DNA of 64,000 nt from an uncultured Pseudobdellovibrionaceae bacterium (GTDB lineage: Bacteria > Bdellovibrionota > Bdellovibrionia > Bdellovibrionales > JAGQZY01). How positions within the stretch are numbered: position 1 is the first letter of the stretch; every line of letters starts with the position of its first letter. Made by a program: the position numbers and the translations under genes. The notes below the pieces were generated by a model. It had not been told where the DNA came from, searched no databases, and worked only from the letters and a program-made list of their open reading frames with translations. Where the stretch lies: the NCBI GenBank assembly GCA_964400355.1, contig CAYNTO010000003.1, forward strand, positions 84,706-148,705, written 5' to 3'. Below are positions 1 to 8,868 of the stretch, in pieces.

Positions 1-270
1 GCCCACATCACTCTTAACAATTCCGCTTTCGATGGCTTTGAGAACCGAGGCTTCCCACGGTGCGATCATAAATGAACGGGCGTCGGGAGTGGTGATTGAG
101 GCAACTTGATTGAGCGGTGTTGGGGTGCCGTAATAGTCCACGCGAATGTTATCGAGCATGGAGATCTGTGCGCGACCGGTACGGATTTTTTTAAATTCGT
201 TTCCCAGTGCAGCGACGGCGGCTTTCATTTTTGCTTCGGTGCTGGCTACCATATCTTTTGCAGCAAACAT
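1..270 (-). CDS. frr: ribosome recycling factor, N-terminal 90 codons (3' end runs off window start)
   Basis: Absent from the ORF track. Manual minus-strand translation from ATG (complement of 268-270) gives MFAAKDMVASTEAKMKAAVAALGNEFKKIRTGRAQISMLDNIRVDYYGTPTPLNQVASITTPDARSFMIAPWEASVLKAIE..., a typical RRF N-terminus. Canonical rpsB-tsf-pyrH-frr order; starts 10 nt after the pyrH stop. Confidence 0.9.
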   Translation of the reverse strand, partial: MFAAKDMVASTEAKMKAAVAALGNEFKKIRTGRAQISMLDNIRVDYYGTPTPLNQVASITTPDARSFMIAPWEASVLKAIESGIVKSDVG

Positions 271-280
271 GTGGACTCCT

Positions 281-994
281 TTAGTTGATGAGCGTTCCAA
301 CAGTCTCACCCTTAAGAATACGGATGATATTGCCTTTTTCCATCAATTTAAATGTAATAATTGGTAAGCGGTTGTCCATGCACAAACTCAGAGCAGTTGA
401 ATCCATCACTTTTAAACCCTTGTTGAGCGCGTCTTTGTGAGTGAGTTGGTCAAATTTAACAGCATCTTTGTGTTTTGCCGGATCTTTATCGTAAGTGCCA
501 TCCACATTGGTGGCTTTTAACAGCACTTCTGCATTGATTTCCATGCCACGCAGAGCGGCTGCAGTGTCGGTTGTGAAATAGGGATTACCCGTACCAGATG
601 CAAAGATCACCAAACGCTGCTTTTCCAAGTGGCGCACGGCTTTTCTGCGAATATACGGTTCTGCGATTTGAGCCATTTCGATGGCCGATTGAACGCGGGT
701 TTGAACGCCGCGCTTTTCCAGGGCGTCCTGGAGTGCAAGGGCATTGATACTGGTTGCGAGCATTCCCATGTAATCAGAACTGGCGCGATCCATGCCTTTG
801 GTAGAAGCAGCAACACCTCTAAAAATGTTGCCGCCGCCAACCACAATAGCGATCTCAGCACCAAGACCGTGGGCTTCACAGATCTCAGAGGCCACTTGAG
901 CAAGAACGTCGATGTTGATTCCAAACCCCTGATCACCGGCAAGAGCTTCGCCGCTGAGTTTGAGCAGAATCCGTTTGTATTTCAAGGTGGCCAT
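281..994 (-). CDS. pyrH: UMP kinase
   Basis: 237 aa. N-terminus [22 protein letters not shown] and amino-acid-kinase fold motifs; synteny with tsf and frr. Confidence 0.95.
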   Translation of the reverse strand: MATLKYKRILLKLSGEALAGDQGFGINIDVLAQVASEICEAHGLGAEIAIVVGGGNIFRGVAASTKGMDRASSDYMGMLATSINALALQDALEKRGVQTRVQSAIEMAQIAEPYIRRKAVRHLEKQRLVIFASGTGNPYFTTDTAAALRGMEINAEVLLKATNVDGTYDKDPAKHKDAVKFDQLTHKDALNKGLKVMDSTALSLCMDNRLPIITFKLMEKGNIIRILKGETVGTLIN

Positions 995-1015
995 CTGTGG
1001 TGCTCCCGGATGAGA

Positions 1016-1666
1016 TTATTGTTTGAGTGTTGCTGCAACTTCCGCTGCGAAATCAACGCTGTCCTTCTCGATGCCTTCGCCAAGTTCAAAACGAACAAAG
1101 CGACGGATCACAATATTCTCACCGATGTGAGCGATTGTATTTTGCAAATGCTCAGTCACCGTGATGTCGGGGTTCTTGATATACTTTTGGCTCATAAGCA
1201 CGCTCTCAGCGAGCCACTTCTTGATTTGACCATCGACGATTTTGTCGACCATCTCGGCTTTTTTACCGGCCTCAAGGTTAGTAGCTTTAAGAACGGCGCG
1301 TTCTTTTTCGATTTTATCGGCGGGGATTTCAGCCTCTGTCACTGCCAGAGGGTTCGCTGCAGCAATGTGCATTGCGATGTCTGCTGCGAATTTTTTGAAA
1401 CCTTCGTTGCGAGCTACGAAATCTGTCTCTGAATTGATCTCCACCATCACACCAATGCGGCCTTCGCCGTGGATGTAGGAATAGACAAGGCCCTCAGCTG
1501 CCGTACGACCCGCTTTTTTTGCGGCCTTGCTCAGACCTTTTTGTCTGAGCCAGTCGATGGATTTTTCAAAGTCACCTGCGTTTTCTTCGAGAGCTTTTTT
1601 GCAATCAAGCATTCCCGCACTTGTTCTATCGCGGAGTTCGCGAACCATTTGCGCTGTTACTGCCAT
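1016..1666 (-). CDS. tsf: translation elongation factor Ts (short 216-aa form)
   Basis: N-terminal UBA-like MVRELRDRTSAGMLDCKKALEE signature; lies immediately downstream of rpsB. Confidence 0.95.
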   Translation of the reverse strand: MAVTAQMVRELRDRTSAGMLDCKKALEENAGDFEKSIDWLRQKGLSKAAKKAGRTAAEGLVYSYIHGEGRIGVMVEINSETDFVARNEGFKKFAADIAMHIAAANPLAVTEAEIPADKIEKERAVLKATNLEAGKKAEMVDKIVDGQIKKWLAESVLMSQKYIKNPDITVTEHLQNTIAHIGENIVIRRFVRFELGEGIEKDSVDFAAEVAATLKQ

Positions 1667-1669
1667 GGA

Positions 1670-2650
1670 TTACTCCTTCTCAGTTCCAGGCGTAGTGGCG
1701 CCTTCAGCATCCTCTGCAGGTGCCGCTACTTCTTGTTCAACTTCAGCTAAAATCTCGATGTCATCTGCAGTGCCGGCCGCAACAAGCTTACGGCCTTTAG
1801 CTGCTTTAACAACCGAAGGTGCCGGAGCTGGAGTTTTTGCGTCTTTGCGCTCATCTTTACCGCCGCCGCGAGCAGGTTTGCCTTTAGCAGGCGCTTTTTC
1901 AGCAGCCAATTCTTTTTGCTCTTTTTCAAGATCGGATTTCTTATCCGTCATTTCGCGAGCTTTCGATTCATACTTCGCAGCGCCGGCCAAATAGGCTTCT
2001 GCGACGAGGTCGCTGAATAACTTGATGGAGCGGATAGCATCATCGTTTGCAGGGATTGGATAATCGATTGTCGATGGATCAGAGTTGGTATCGCAAAGGC
2101 CAACAACTTTGATTCCCAGTTTTTTAGCTTCGAGAACAGCGATGTGTTCTTTGTTGATATCAACTACAAACAGCAAACCAGCTGGTTCTTTCATTTCGCG
2201 AATACCTTGCAGATATTCGTTTAATTTTACGTATTCTTTCTCCATGGAGTGGCGTTCTTTTTTAGAGAAGTACTCGAGTTCGCCTTTTTCGCGCATTTGA
2301 TCGATCTTTTTTAAACGATCGATCGATTGCTTGATGGTTACAAAGTTAGTGAGAGTTCCACCCAACCAGCGTTTAGTCACAAAGTACTGACCGCACTTAT
2401 TTGCTGCTTCTTGGATTGTCTCTTCTGCTTGTTTTTTAGTACCAACAAAAATCATGCGCTCGCCGTTAGCAGCCATGTTCTCAACGAACTGGATCGCTTC
2501 TTTAGCTTTTGCGAGTGTTTTTTGTAGGTCGATAATGTGAATTCCGCCACGGGATGTGTATACGAAATTCTTCATCTTCGGATTCCAACGTTCTTTCTGG
2601 TGACCGAAATGTACGCCGGCGTCCAACATGTTTTTCATGTTTAGATTCAT
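1670..2650 (-). CDS. rpsB: 30S ribosomal protein S2 with about 90-aa Ala/Lys/Glu/Pro-rich C-terminal tail
   Basis: ML(D)AGVHFGHQKERWNPKM signature. I place the start at the ATG at 2650 (MNLNMKNM...), preceded by GGAG 6 nt upstream, rather than the track's 2704. Confidence 0.93.
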   Translation of the reverse strand: MNLNMKNMLDAGVHFGHQKERWNPKMKNFVYTSRGGIHIIDLQKTLAKAKEAIQFVENMAANGERMIFVGTKKQAEETIQEAANKCGQYFVTKRWLGGTLTNFVTIKQSIDRLKKIDQMREKGELEYFSKKERHSMEKEYVKLNEYLQGIREMKEPAGLLFVVDINKEHIAVLEAKKLGIKVVGLCDTNSDPSTIDYPIPANDDAIRSIKLFSDLVAEAYLAGAAKYESKAREMTDKKSDLEKEQKELAAEKAPAKGKPARGGGKDERKDAKTPAPAPSVVKAAKGRKLVAAGTADDIEILAEVEQEVAAPAEDAEGATTPGTEKE

Positions 2651-2866
2651 AGTGTTCTCCTTCTGGTTAATCCGCCCTTTCAGATACCCTCCTTGCGGAG
2701 GCACCAGTGGAGTCTGAAAGGTGTGAATTTGTTGAGGTACTTGTGTACCAAGAACGGGTGGGGCTGTCGAGAATTAATGCCCCCGCGGGCACTAATTTCT
2801 AGGAGTGGAAGAATGGGATTTACGGCCCTCGTTCAAATAGGGCCTTCGAACGAATAACAATATGCG

Positions 2867-3994
2867 TTAAGTTGCAGATTCTTCAGCTGATTTTATGGCG
2901 GTGCCGGCGAACAACGGCTCCAGAGCCAGGTAGGACGCGGCCTCCCCGGTGAACGCCATCTCATTGGCATAATGCTGAGACCCCAAATAAAGAATGTGGT
3001 TTTTGAACAAATCGGGATGATTGGCAACGGCGTGCAGAGCATGACCATACGCCTCGGGAGCCACCACGATAAACTCTTTATGGATGGAATCGTAAAAATT
3101 GGGATACATGCGTTTGATCTGTTTTTTCATTTCTCGAATCGCAAGCCCCAGCTGTTCCGCATCTGCAAAATTTTCGGAGCTCAAAATGCTCAACCACTGC
3201 GATACAGTTTCTCCATCTGTGGTTTTCGAGAAGGCGCCCACACACGGAATATCTTTAGCTCCGTAGAGAACGTGCATCGCCTTTGAATCGGTGAGCTCCG
3301 CCTTGTGCCAATAGGTCAGGTTGACAACAGCCCAGGTTTGCGATTTAGAAACTTTTTGTACCGTGGCTTTCGGGAAATGGGCATTGTCCGTGGGTATAAT
3401 TTTTCCCAGTTTCGCTGCGCTCTCGAAATAATAAATGCGTTCTGTACCGTAGATCTCGGTGCCGTTGGTTTGAATGCCGGCAATGTTGTCTGTGACCTGG
3501 AGCTGGGTGACCTCATGGTTGGTGAGGATTTCGCCGTCGAACTGACTCAAAAGCTTTTGTACAATTTGTGTGAGAGAAATATTGAGCTGGAGCTGATTGG
3601 TTGCGGTAAAGTAGCTGTAAAAATCAATGCCATCTACGGAGTGTGCACCAAAACCCAAAAAGGGTTGCACGGTACCATTCTGAAAAGTCAGCGGGCCTAT
3701 TTCCACCTCTGTCCAATCCAACTCGGGAACATATTTTTTGATGCGCGCTAAAAACTCGATGGTTTGCTCGCTCTCCACAATATAATTCACATGCGTGTCA
3801 ACCCAACGGGGTGGATGTTCGGACGTCTCCAACTCCGCGTCCAGGTTAACGCCGCGATGGAGTCCACCCAGGGTTTCCGAACCGCTAAAAATGGCACCTT
3901 TCAAGCCGCGAGTTGAATTTTCAACCGCCGTAAGAATCGCAGGAAGAGAGTCACCGATGACGACGAAATCGAACTTTTTGTTATTTTTTGCCAT
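2867..3994 (-). CDS. hypothetical protein with degenerate N-terminal dinucleotide-binding (Rossmann-like) motif
   Basis: 375 aa. N-terminus KFDFVVIGDSLPAILTA resembles the beta-alpha-beta FAD/NAD(P) motif, but GxGxxG is degraded to GDSLPA. Starts 10 nt downstream of the preceding gene, so probably co-transcribed. Confidence 0.5.
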   Translation of the reverse strand: MAKNNKKFDFVVIGDSLPAILTAVENSTRGLKGAIFSGSETLGGLHRGVNLDAELETSEHPPRWVDTHVNYIVESEQTIEFLARIKKYVPELDWTEVEIGPLTFQNGTVQPFLGFGAHSVDGIDFYSYFTATNQLQLNISLTQIVQKLLSQFDGEILTNHEVTQLQVTDNIAGIQTNGTEIYGTERIYYFESAAKLGKIIPTDNAHFPKATVQKVSKSQTWAVVNLTYWHKAELTDSKAMHVLYGAKDIPCVGAFSKTTDGETVSQWLSILSSENFADAEQLGLAIREMKKQIKRMYPNFYDSIHKEFIVVAPEAYGHALHAVANHPDLFKNHILYLGSQHYANEMAFTGEAASYLALEPLFAGTAIKSAEESAT

Positions 3995-4004
3995 ACCCTA
4001 ATGT

Positions 4005-4877
4005 CTAAGAGCGGCGTCCCACTTTCAAGCTGAAAACGCGTTTTAGACACAGAGCAAATGGGGGCAATACCGCTCTGAGTGCGGATTTGACCCAATTGTA
4101 GTGCTGAAGACGATTGGCGAGGCCGGGAGACCAGCGATAATAGGTGCGAATGAACAACCGTCCGGGAGTGTTTGTCGCGAGCACCTGATTGCGAAACGCG
4201 CGCAATAGAACCAAAGTTGGATCATTGCGCGATTCAAAGGCTATAGAGGCTATAAAACAATTGCCGGTTTTAACATTCGCTGCTTTTAAGAGCGCTTTGT
4301 AGGCACGCGTGTTTTTTGCCACCTTTTTTTTGAATGAGGCGGTTTTCACGATGGATGTGAACATATTGGTGTACGAAACCAGCTCGCCAAGCTTCTGAGC
4401 ACACTGTTCTTGCTTTTGCATGTAGTTGGGATGTAGGTCGTAGATTTCTACCAATGCCCACAATGCTCCAACTATTAGAGTGATTTCGCGCGGGTTGTCT
4501 TTGAACATCTCTGGACGAAATTCTATGCGTTTTTTTTCGGTGGCTAGTTCGATGATGCGCAAATATTTTTCGTAACAAATTGCGGCTTCGGCGTGGTTTT
4601 TTAATACTAAGTGTCCGCGCGCTTGTTTAACCAGTGATAATCGATTTTTCCACAAACTTTTTTTGTAGTTGTCTTGAATGATTTGTTCTGAGGCCAGGTA
4701 ACTGGCGTTGGATAATTTTTTGGAGAGATCCTTAAAACACGATGTGCAGACCGCAGCATGGCTCACGAATTGGCCTTCTTTTTCCAGACGCAAACGCATG
4801 CCTGAATCGATGGCATGGAGGAGACTGGTGCTAGCGTTGCACAATGGGCAACCGGATAGGGCCTGCAGTTCGGACAT
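4005..4877 (-). CDS. hypothetical protein: N-terminal CxxC...CxxC zinc-ribbon-like pair, helical middle, C-terminal CFIASIAF...YYRWSP motif
   Basis: 290 aa, no signal peptide. CPLC (aa 10-13) and CTSC (aa 44-47). C-terminal CFIASIAFESRNDPTLVLLRAFRNQVL...FIRTYYRWSPGLA resembles the widespread CFIATAAYG...LRxFRD...YYxxSP C-terminal module (recalled, not searched). Confidence 0.55.
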   Translation of the reverse strand: MSELQALSGCPLCNASTSLLHAIDSGMRLRLEKEGQFVSHAAVCTSCFKDLSKKLSNASYLASEQIIQDNYKKSLWKNRLSLVKQARGHLVLKNHAEAAICYEKYLRIIELATEKKRIEFRPEMFKDNPREITLIVGALWALVEIYDLHPNYMQKQEQCAQKLGELVSYTNMFTSIVKTASFKKKVAKNTRAYKALLKAANVKTGNCFIASIAFESRNDPTLVLLRAFRNQVLATNTPGRLFIRTYYRWSPGLANRLQHYNWVKSALRAVLPPFALCLKRVFSLKVGRRS

Positions 4878-4951
4878 GGAATAATTCTAGGCTGCTCTTC
4901 CACCAGGAGCAAATGATTATTGCGCTCTCGGGGGAGGCGCGCGCGGAATTT

Positions 4952-6940
4952 CTACATGAGGCTGTAGGGATCCACGTCGATCTGAACTTTCGTTTTCCGA
5001 TCTTTTTGCGTGAGATGCGTGACAAGTTGGAGCAGGCGATGCAATTCGAACGACGATTTGGATTTGAGCAAAACTTGAAATCGATAGCGATTGCGAATGC
5101 GATAGAGAGGAGCTGGCGCTGGACCTAGAATTTGCGAGTGCTCAAACTTTTCTTTTTCTCCGTACAGACGCAGTTGTTCCGTCAGCTCGAAAGAAACGTC
5201 TCGAGCCTCATCTTCGCGTAGGGAAGAGATGCGAACACACGCTGTTTTTGTAAATGGCGGGTAAAACAGTTCTTGGCGTTGGGCCAGTTCTTGCTCGATA
5301 AATCCGCGCACATCGTGGTGCTGGGAGTAGACGAGGCTCGGATGATCGGTTCGGTAAGTCTGAATGATCACCTTCCCGGCGCTGTGACGACCAGCACGGC
5401 CCGCCACTTGAGTGAGCAATTGGAAGGCTCGTTCGGAGGCGCGAAAATCGGGGAGGCTTAGGGCCACGTCGGCGAGAACAACACCAACGAGCGTGAGTTT
5501 TTCAAAATCGAGACCCTTGGCAATCATCTGTGTGCCAACCACAAAATCCAGCTCGTGATTCTCCATTCGATTTACAAACTCTTCCATGCGCTCACGAGAG
5601 TCGACTTCGTCCCGATCGACGCGAGCGATGCGCGCCGAGGGAAAGAGCTGTTGGATATCTTCTTCCACTTTTTCGGTGCCCAGACCCAATGGTTTCGGAT
5701 CGCCGACTTTGCAATCCTGGCAATTTTTTGTGAGAGATTGCGAATAGTCGCAGTAGTGACACACCAAATGCTGTTTACCGTGGAGAGTGAGTGAGATATC
5801 GCAGTTCGGGCAACTGTAAATGTAGCCGCACGAATCACAGTGCACGGCCTGAGCGATGCCCCGGCGATTGATAAAGAGCGCGGTCTGTAAACCTTTCGTG
5901 TAATTGGCGTGAATGGCATCGTAAAGAGACTGCGACAGCCAGTGAGGCAGAGTGGTGCCATTTTCCTTTTTTCGTTCTTTCTCGACTGCAAGGTCGATAA
6001 GTTCAACCGAAGGCAATACCATGTCGGAAGCGCGTTCAGAGAGAACATGCATCTGATATTTCCCATCATTGACATTCTGCCAGGATTCGAGACTCGGGGT
6101 TGCACTGCCGAGTACGACGGGAACCCTTTCAAAGTGCGCGCGCATCACTGCCGCATCGCGAGCATTGTATTTGAACGATTCCTCTTGTTTGTAGGAGCCG
6201 TCATGCTCCTCATCTACAACGATAACACCCAGATTCGGCACCGGACAAAACAGCGCCGAGCGCGCACCAATGAGAACTTTCTTTTCGCCATTGATAACAC
6301 TCCACCATTGGTCGGTGCGTTCACGTTCGGTCAATCCCGAGTGGAGTACGGCAACCACCTCGCCTAAGCGTTTGCGGAACCGAGAGACCAGCTGCGGGGT
6401 GAGCGCAATTTCGGGAACAAGCACGATCGCGCTTTGCCCGAGCGCCATCTTTTTGCGGATAACGTCGATATAAACTTCGGTTTTTCCAGAGCCAGTAACA
6501 CCCCAAAGTAGATGGCTCGAAAAGCCGCTCGCCATGTTGAGAGTGTCGGCGATTTTCTGCTGTTCTTTGTTGAGTTCTACAATCTCGGTATTCGCCATGT
6601 GCTGAAAAATATTTTTAGGCTCCGAGCGCCCCTTTTTTTTAAGTGGCGGGAAGAATAGCGAGAGCACTTCTCCGATAGGGTGATGATAATATTTTGCGAT
6701 CCACTGACTCCATTGTAAAATCTCGGATGAAAGACGCATACGATCTTTCGCGATTCCGATTATTTTTTTGTAGTCTATGGATTTGTCAGGTAGCGGGTCT
6801 GCCGCATCGATGACAATGCCACCAATGGTGCGTTTGCCAAAGGGAACCGATACCGAATCTCCGGGGGCAACAGGTATATCGCTGAGATAAGTAAAAAATT
6901 TTGGTAAGGGCGCCTCTACAGCGACTTTCCAAAGATTCAT
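4952..6940 (-). CDS. priA: primosomal replication-restart helicase PriA
   Basis: 662 aa. Walker A GVTGSGKTEVY, DEEHD box, Cys-rich zinc-binding insert CDSCGYIYSCPNCDISLTLHGKQHLVCHYCDY...CQDC. Confidence 0.93.
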   Translation of the reverse strand: MNLWKVAVEAPLPKFFTYLSDIPVAPGDSVSVPFGKRTIGGIVIDAADPLPDKSIDYKKIIGIAKDRMRLSSEILQWSQWIAKYYHHPIGEVLSLFFPPLKKKGRSEPKNIFQHMANTEIVELNKEQQKIADTLNMASGFSSHLLWGVTGSGKTEVYIDVIRKKMALGQSAIVLVPEIALTPQLVSRFRKRLGEVVAVLHSGLTERERTDQWWSVINGEKKVLIGARSALFCPVPNLGVIVVDEEHDGSYKQEESFKYNARDAAVMRAHFERVPVVLGSATPSLESWQNVNDGKYQMHVLSERASDMVLPSVELIDLAVEKERKKENGTTLPHWLSQSLYDAIHANYTKGLQTALFINRRGIAQAVHCDSCGYIYSCPNCDISLTLHGKQHLVCHYCDYSQSLTKNCQDCKVGDPKPLGLGTEKVEEDIQQLFPSARIARVDRDEVDSRERMEEFVNRMENHELDFVVGTQMIAKGLDFEKLTLVGVVLADVALSLPDFRASERAFQLLTQVAGRAGRHSAGKVIIQTYRTDHPSLVYSQHHDVRGFIEQELAQRQELFYPPFTKTACVRISSLREDEARDVSFELTEQLRLYGEKEKFEHSQILGPAPAPLYRIRNRYRFQVLLKSKSSFELHRLLQLVTHLTQKDRKTKVQIDVDPYSLM

Positions 6941-6949
6941 CGAAAAACC

Positions 6950-7741
6950 TTAGCGAAAGCGAGAATAGAATTCTTTGATATTCTCGTTTTCGGGCAAAGT
7001 GGATTTTTTATTCTCGAATTTGAGACGAGCCATGGCAGTGTTCTGGGCAATCTTTTCCAGCGATTCGATTTTGGTAACCACAGTCGTGTTTTTCCACAGA
7101 ATTGTTTGCTGAGTCGGCTGTTTAATAGCTCCCTCATCGATGGATGTGGTGTCGGAAAACTCCACTTCAATTTGTGAGCCTAAACGCAGCCGCCGTGGAA
7201 CAAAACTATCTTGTTCAACCATCAACACAGGCGGTGGTTGAGCGTTTTTCGTTTCCTGGGCGCCAAATTTATAAACCACCCCTCCGCGATAACGGTCGAG
7301 CGATACGTAAGAGTTTGCCGCGCTTGCACCGGCGTTGTTCGGTAACATTTGATAGTTTTCGAGACGGCTCTGGAGGGCACGCGCACTCCGGTAGTGTAGA
7401 AGCTGTTCAAAAAATTCCGGGCTAATCGGAAACGTTTTAGTTTCGCCCGATGTGGTTGTGGTTTGGCGCTTCCCACTTTTATAAATGATTTCGAAGGACC
7501 AATCGGTTTGGTCCGCATTTTTCCCACTCACGACAACTTTCATGGCGTCGGCGTTAACCACGTACCAGGTTTCATGGCAAGCCACGTTGTCATCTTTAAA
7601 AAACACCGAACGTTTCAGTAGGAGCCCATTGGTCGCACCGTTGTTGGTGGCCATGCGGCCGAGAATCGTGCTGAGTTTGGGAATGTAAGCCTCGGAAAAG
7701 AGAGGGAACAAAATTAAAGCGGTAAGGATCCATTTTTTCAT
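6950..7741 (-). CDS. hypothetical secreted/periplasmic protein
   Basis: 263 aa with signal peptide MKKWILTALILFPLFSEA. Its start ATG shares one nucleotide with the galU stop (TAATG at 7741), indicating translational coupling. Confidence 0.55.
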   Translation of the reverse strand: MKKWILTALILFPLFSEAYIPKLSTILGRMATNNGATNGLLLKRSVFFKDDNVACHETWYVVNADAMKVVVSGKNADQTDWSFEIIYKSGKRQTTTTSGETKTFPISPEFFEQLLHYRSARALQSRLENYQMLPNNAGASAANSYVSLDRYRGGVVYKFGAQETKNAQPPPVLMVEQDSFVPRRLRLGSQIEVEFSDTTSIDEGAIKQPTQQTILWKNTTVVTKIESLEKIAQNTAMARLKFENKKSTLPENENIKEFYSRFR

Positions 7742-8622
7742 TAAAGTTTTCCTGCAAAGTTTTTGAGGTATTCACGAAAGCTTTCACCAATTTGTGGGTG
7801 CTTAAGGCCAAGTTCCACATTGGCGATAAGGTAGCCTAGTTTGTCGCCGGCATCATAGCGAAGACCATCGAAGAACCGCGCAATCAGTTTTTTATCTTGA
7901 GCTAATTTGCACATGGCATCGGTGAGTTGAATTTCACCGTTGCGACCAGGAGCCAGGTTTTCTAAATGCTTAAAAATTTCTGAAGAAAACACGTAGCGGC
8001 CGGGGAGCGCCCACAGGCTGGGTGCGTTTTGCGGCTCTGGTTTTTCAACCACATCGTGAACGCGTATCCATTTTCCTTCTTTTGCTCCGGCAACAATTCC
8101 ATATTTAGAAACTTCGGAGTGCGCCACTTCCATGATGGCGACCGTCGATTGCTGCGTTTCCTCAAAGGTATCACACAACTGTTTAGTGACGGTTGGTGTT
8201 TCCGGTGTGGGTTGAATCATAAGTTCGTCCCCAAGCAGAACTGCGAAGGGCTCGTCACCGATGACTGGTTTGCCCATATATACGGCGTGGCCCAGACCGA
8301 GCGCTTGTTTTTGGCGGATACTAATAATATTCACCATATTGCGAATCTCGTTGAGGCTTTCGAGCATTTCGAGCTTGCCTGTGCGCTCCAGGGTTTCTTC
8401 GAGCTCAACGTGGCGATCAAAGAAATCTTCGATAGCTGTTTTGCGACGGCCAGTAATGAGGACCACATCTTCGATGCCTGCCTTAGCCACTTCGCGAACA
8501 ATGTTCAGCAATAACGGCTCATCGACGATAGGCAGCATTTCCTTTGGAACGGAGCTGGTGATGGGCAGAAATCGAGTGCCGAGGCCGGCTGTAGGTATAA
8601 GCGCTTTTTTAATATTTCCCAT
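7741..8622 (-). CDS. galU: UTP--glucose-1-phosphate uridylyltransferase
   Basis: 293 aa. KALIPTAGLGTRFLPITSSVPKEMLPIVD nucleotidyltransferase signature. Confidence 0.92.
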   Translation of the reverse strand: MGNIKKALIPTAGLGTRFLPITSSVPKEMLPIVDEPLLLNIVREVAKAGIEDVVLITGRRKTAIEDFFDRHVELEETLERTGKLEMLESLNEIRNMVNIISIRQKQALGLGHAVYMGKPVIGDEPFAVLLGDELMIQPTPETPTVTKQLCDTFEETQQSTVAIMEVAHSEVSKYGIVAGAKEGKWIRVHDVVEKPEPQNAPSLWALPGRYVFSSEIFKHLENLAPGRNGEIQLTDAMCKLAQDKKLIARFFDGLRYDAGDKLGYLIANVELGLKHPQIGESFREYLKNFAGKL

Positions 8623-8829
8623 GCCGAGAGATTATTCGAAATACGGTGTCTAAACAAGCTTTTAGCAGCGAGCAAAATTTGTGCGACTCCGCAAAAAATA
8701 TCTGCGCCCTGTGCGCCTATCGCCCCCTCCATCTCCAGATTCCATTAAATCACTGTCCGGGCGTCTCAAAATAGGATTCGTCTCAAATGAAGACGCTCAA
8801 TCAAATCTCGCCTTCTTCCGATAAGAAAA

Positions 8830-8838
8830 TGGTATGAT
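8830..8838 (+). promoter_or_regulatory. candidate extended -10 promoter element (TGgTATGAT)
   Basis: TGGTATGAT lies 31 nt upstream of the ATG at 8869. The -35 region is poor, which is typical for extended -10 promoters. Sequence-only call. Confidence 0.35.
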
Positions 8839-8868
8839 GAGAGATAGATTTGTACGTGGGGGAATCCA

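Noticed and set aside
629-1432. 267-aa plus-strand ORF spanning pyrH and tsf
   Set aside because: It is antisense to two strongly supported genes, has a Cys/His/Phe-rich nonsense-like composition and no SD. It is a shadow ORF.
2810-2866. 14-aa ORF with GGAG upstream (MGFTALVQIGPSNE) between two minus-strand genes
   Set aside because: It is too short, sits on the opposite strand to the whole neighbourhood, has no terminator and has an unremarkable composition.
5572-6132. 186-aa alternative-frame minus-strand ORF inside priA
   Set aside because: It is fully nested in the well-supported PriA frame, with no independent signals.
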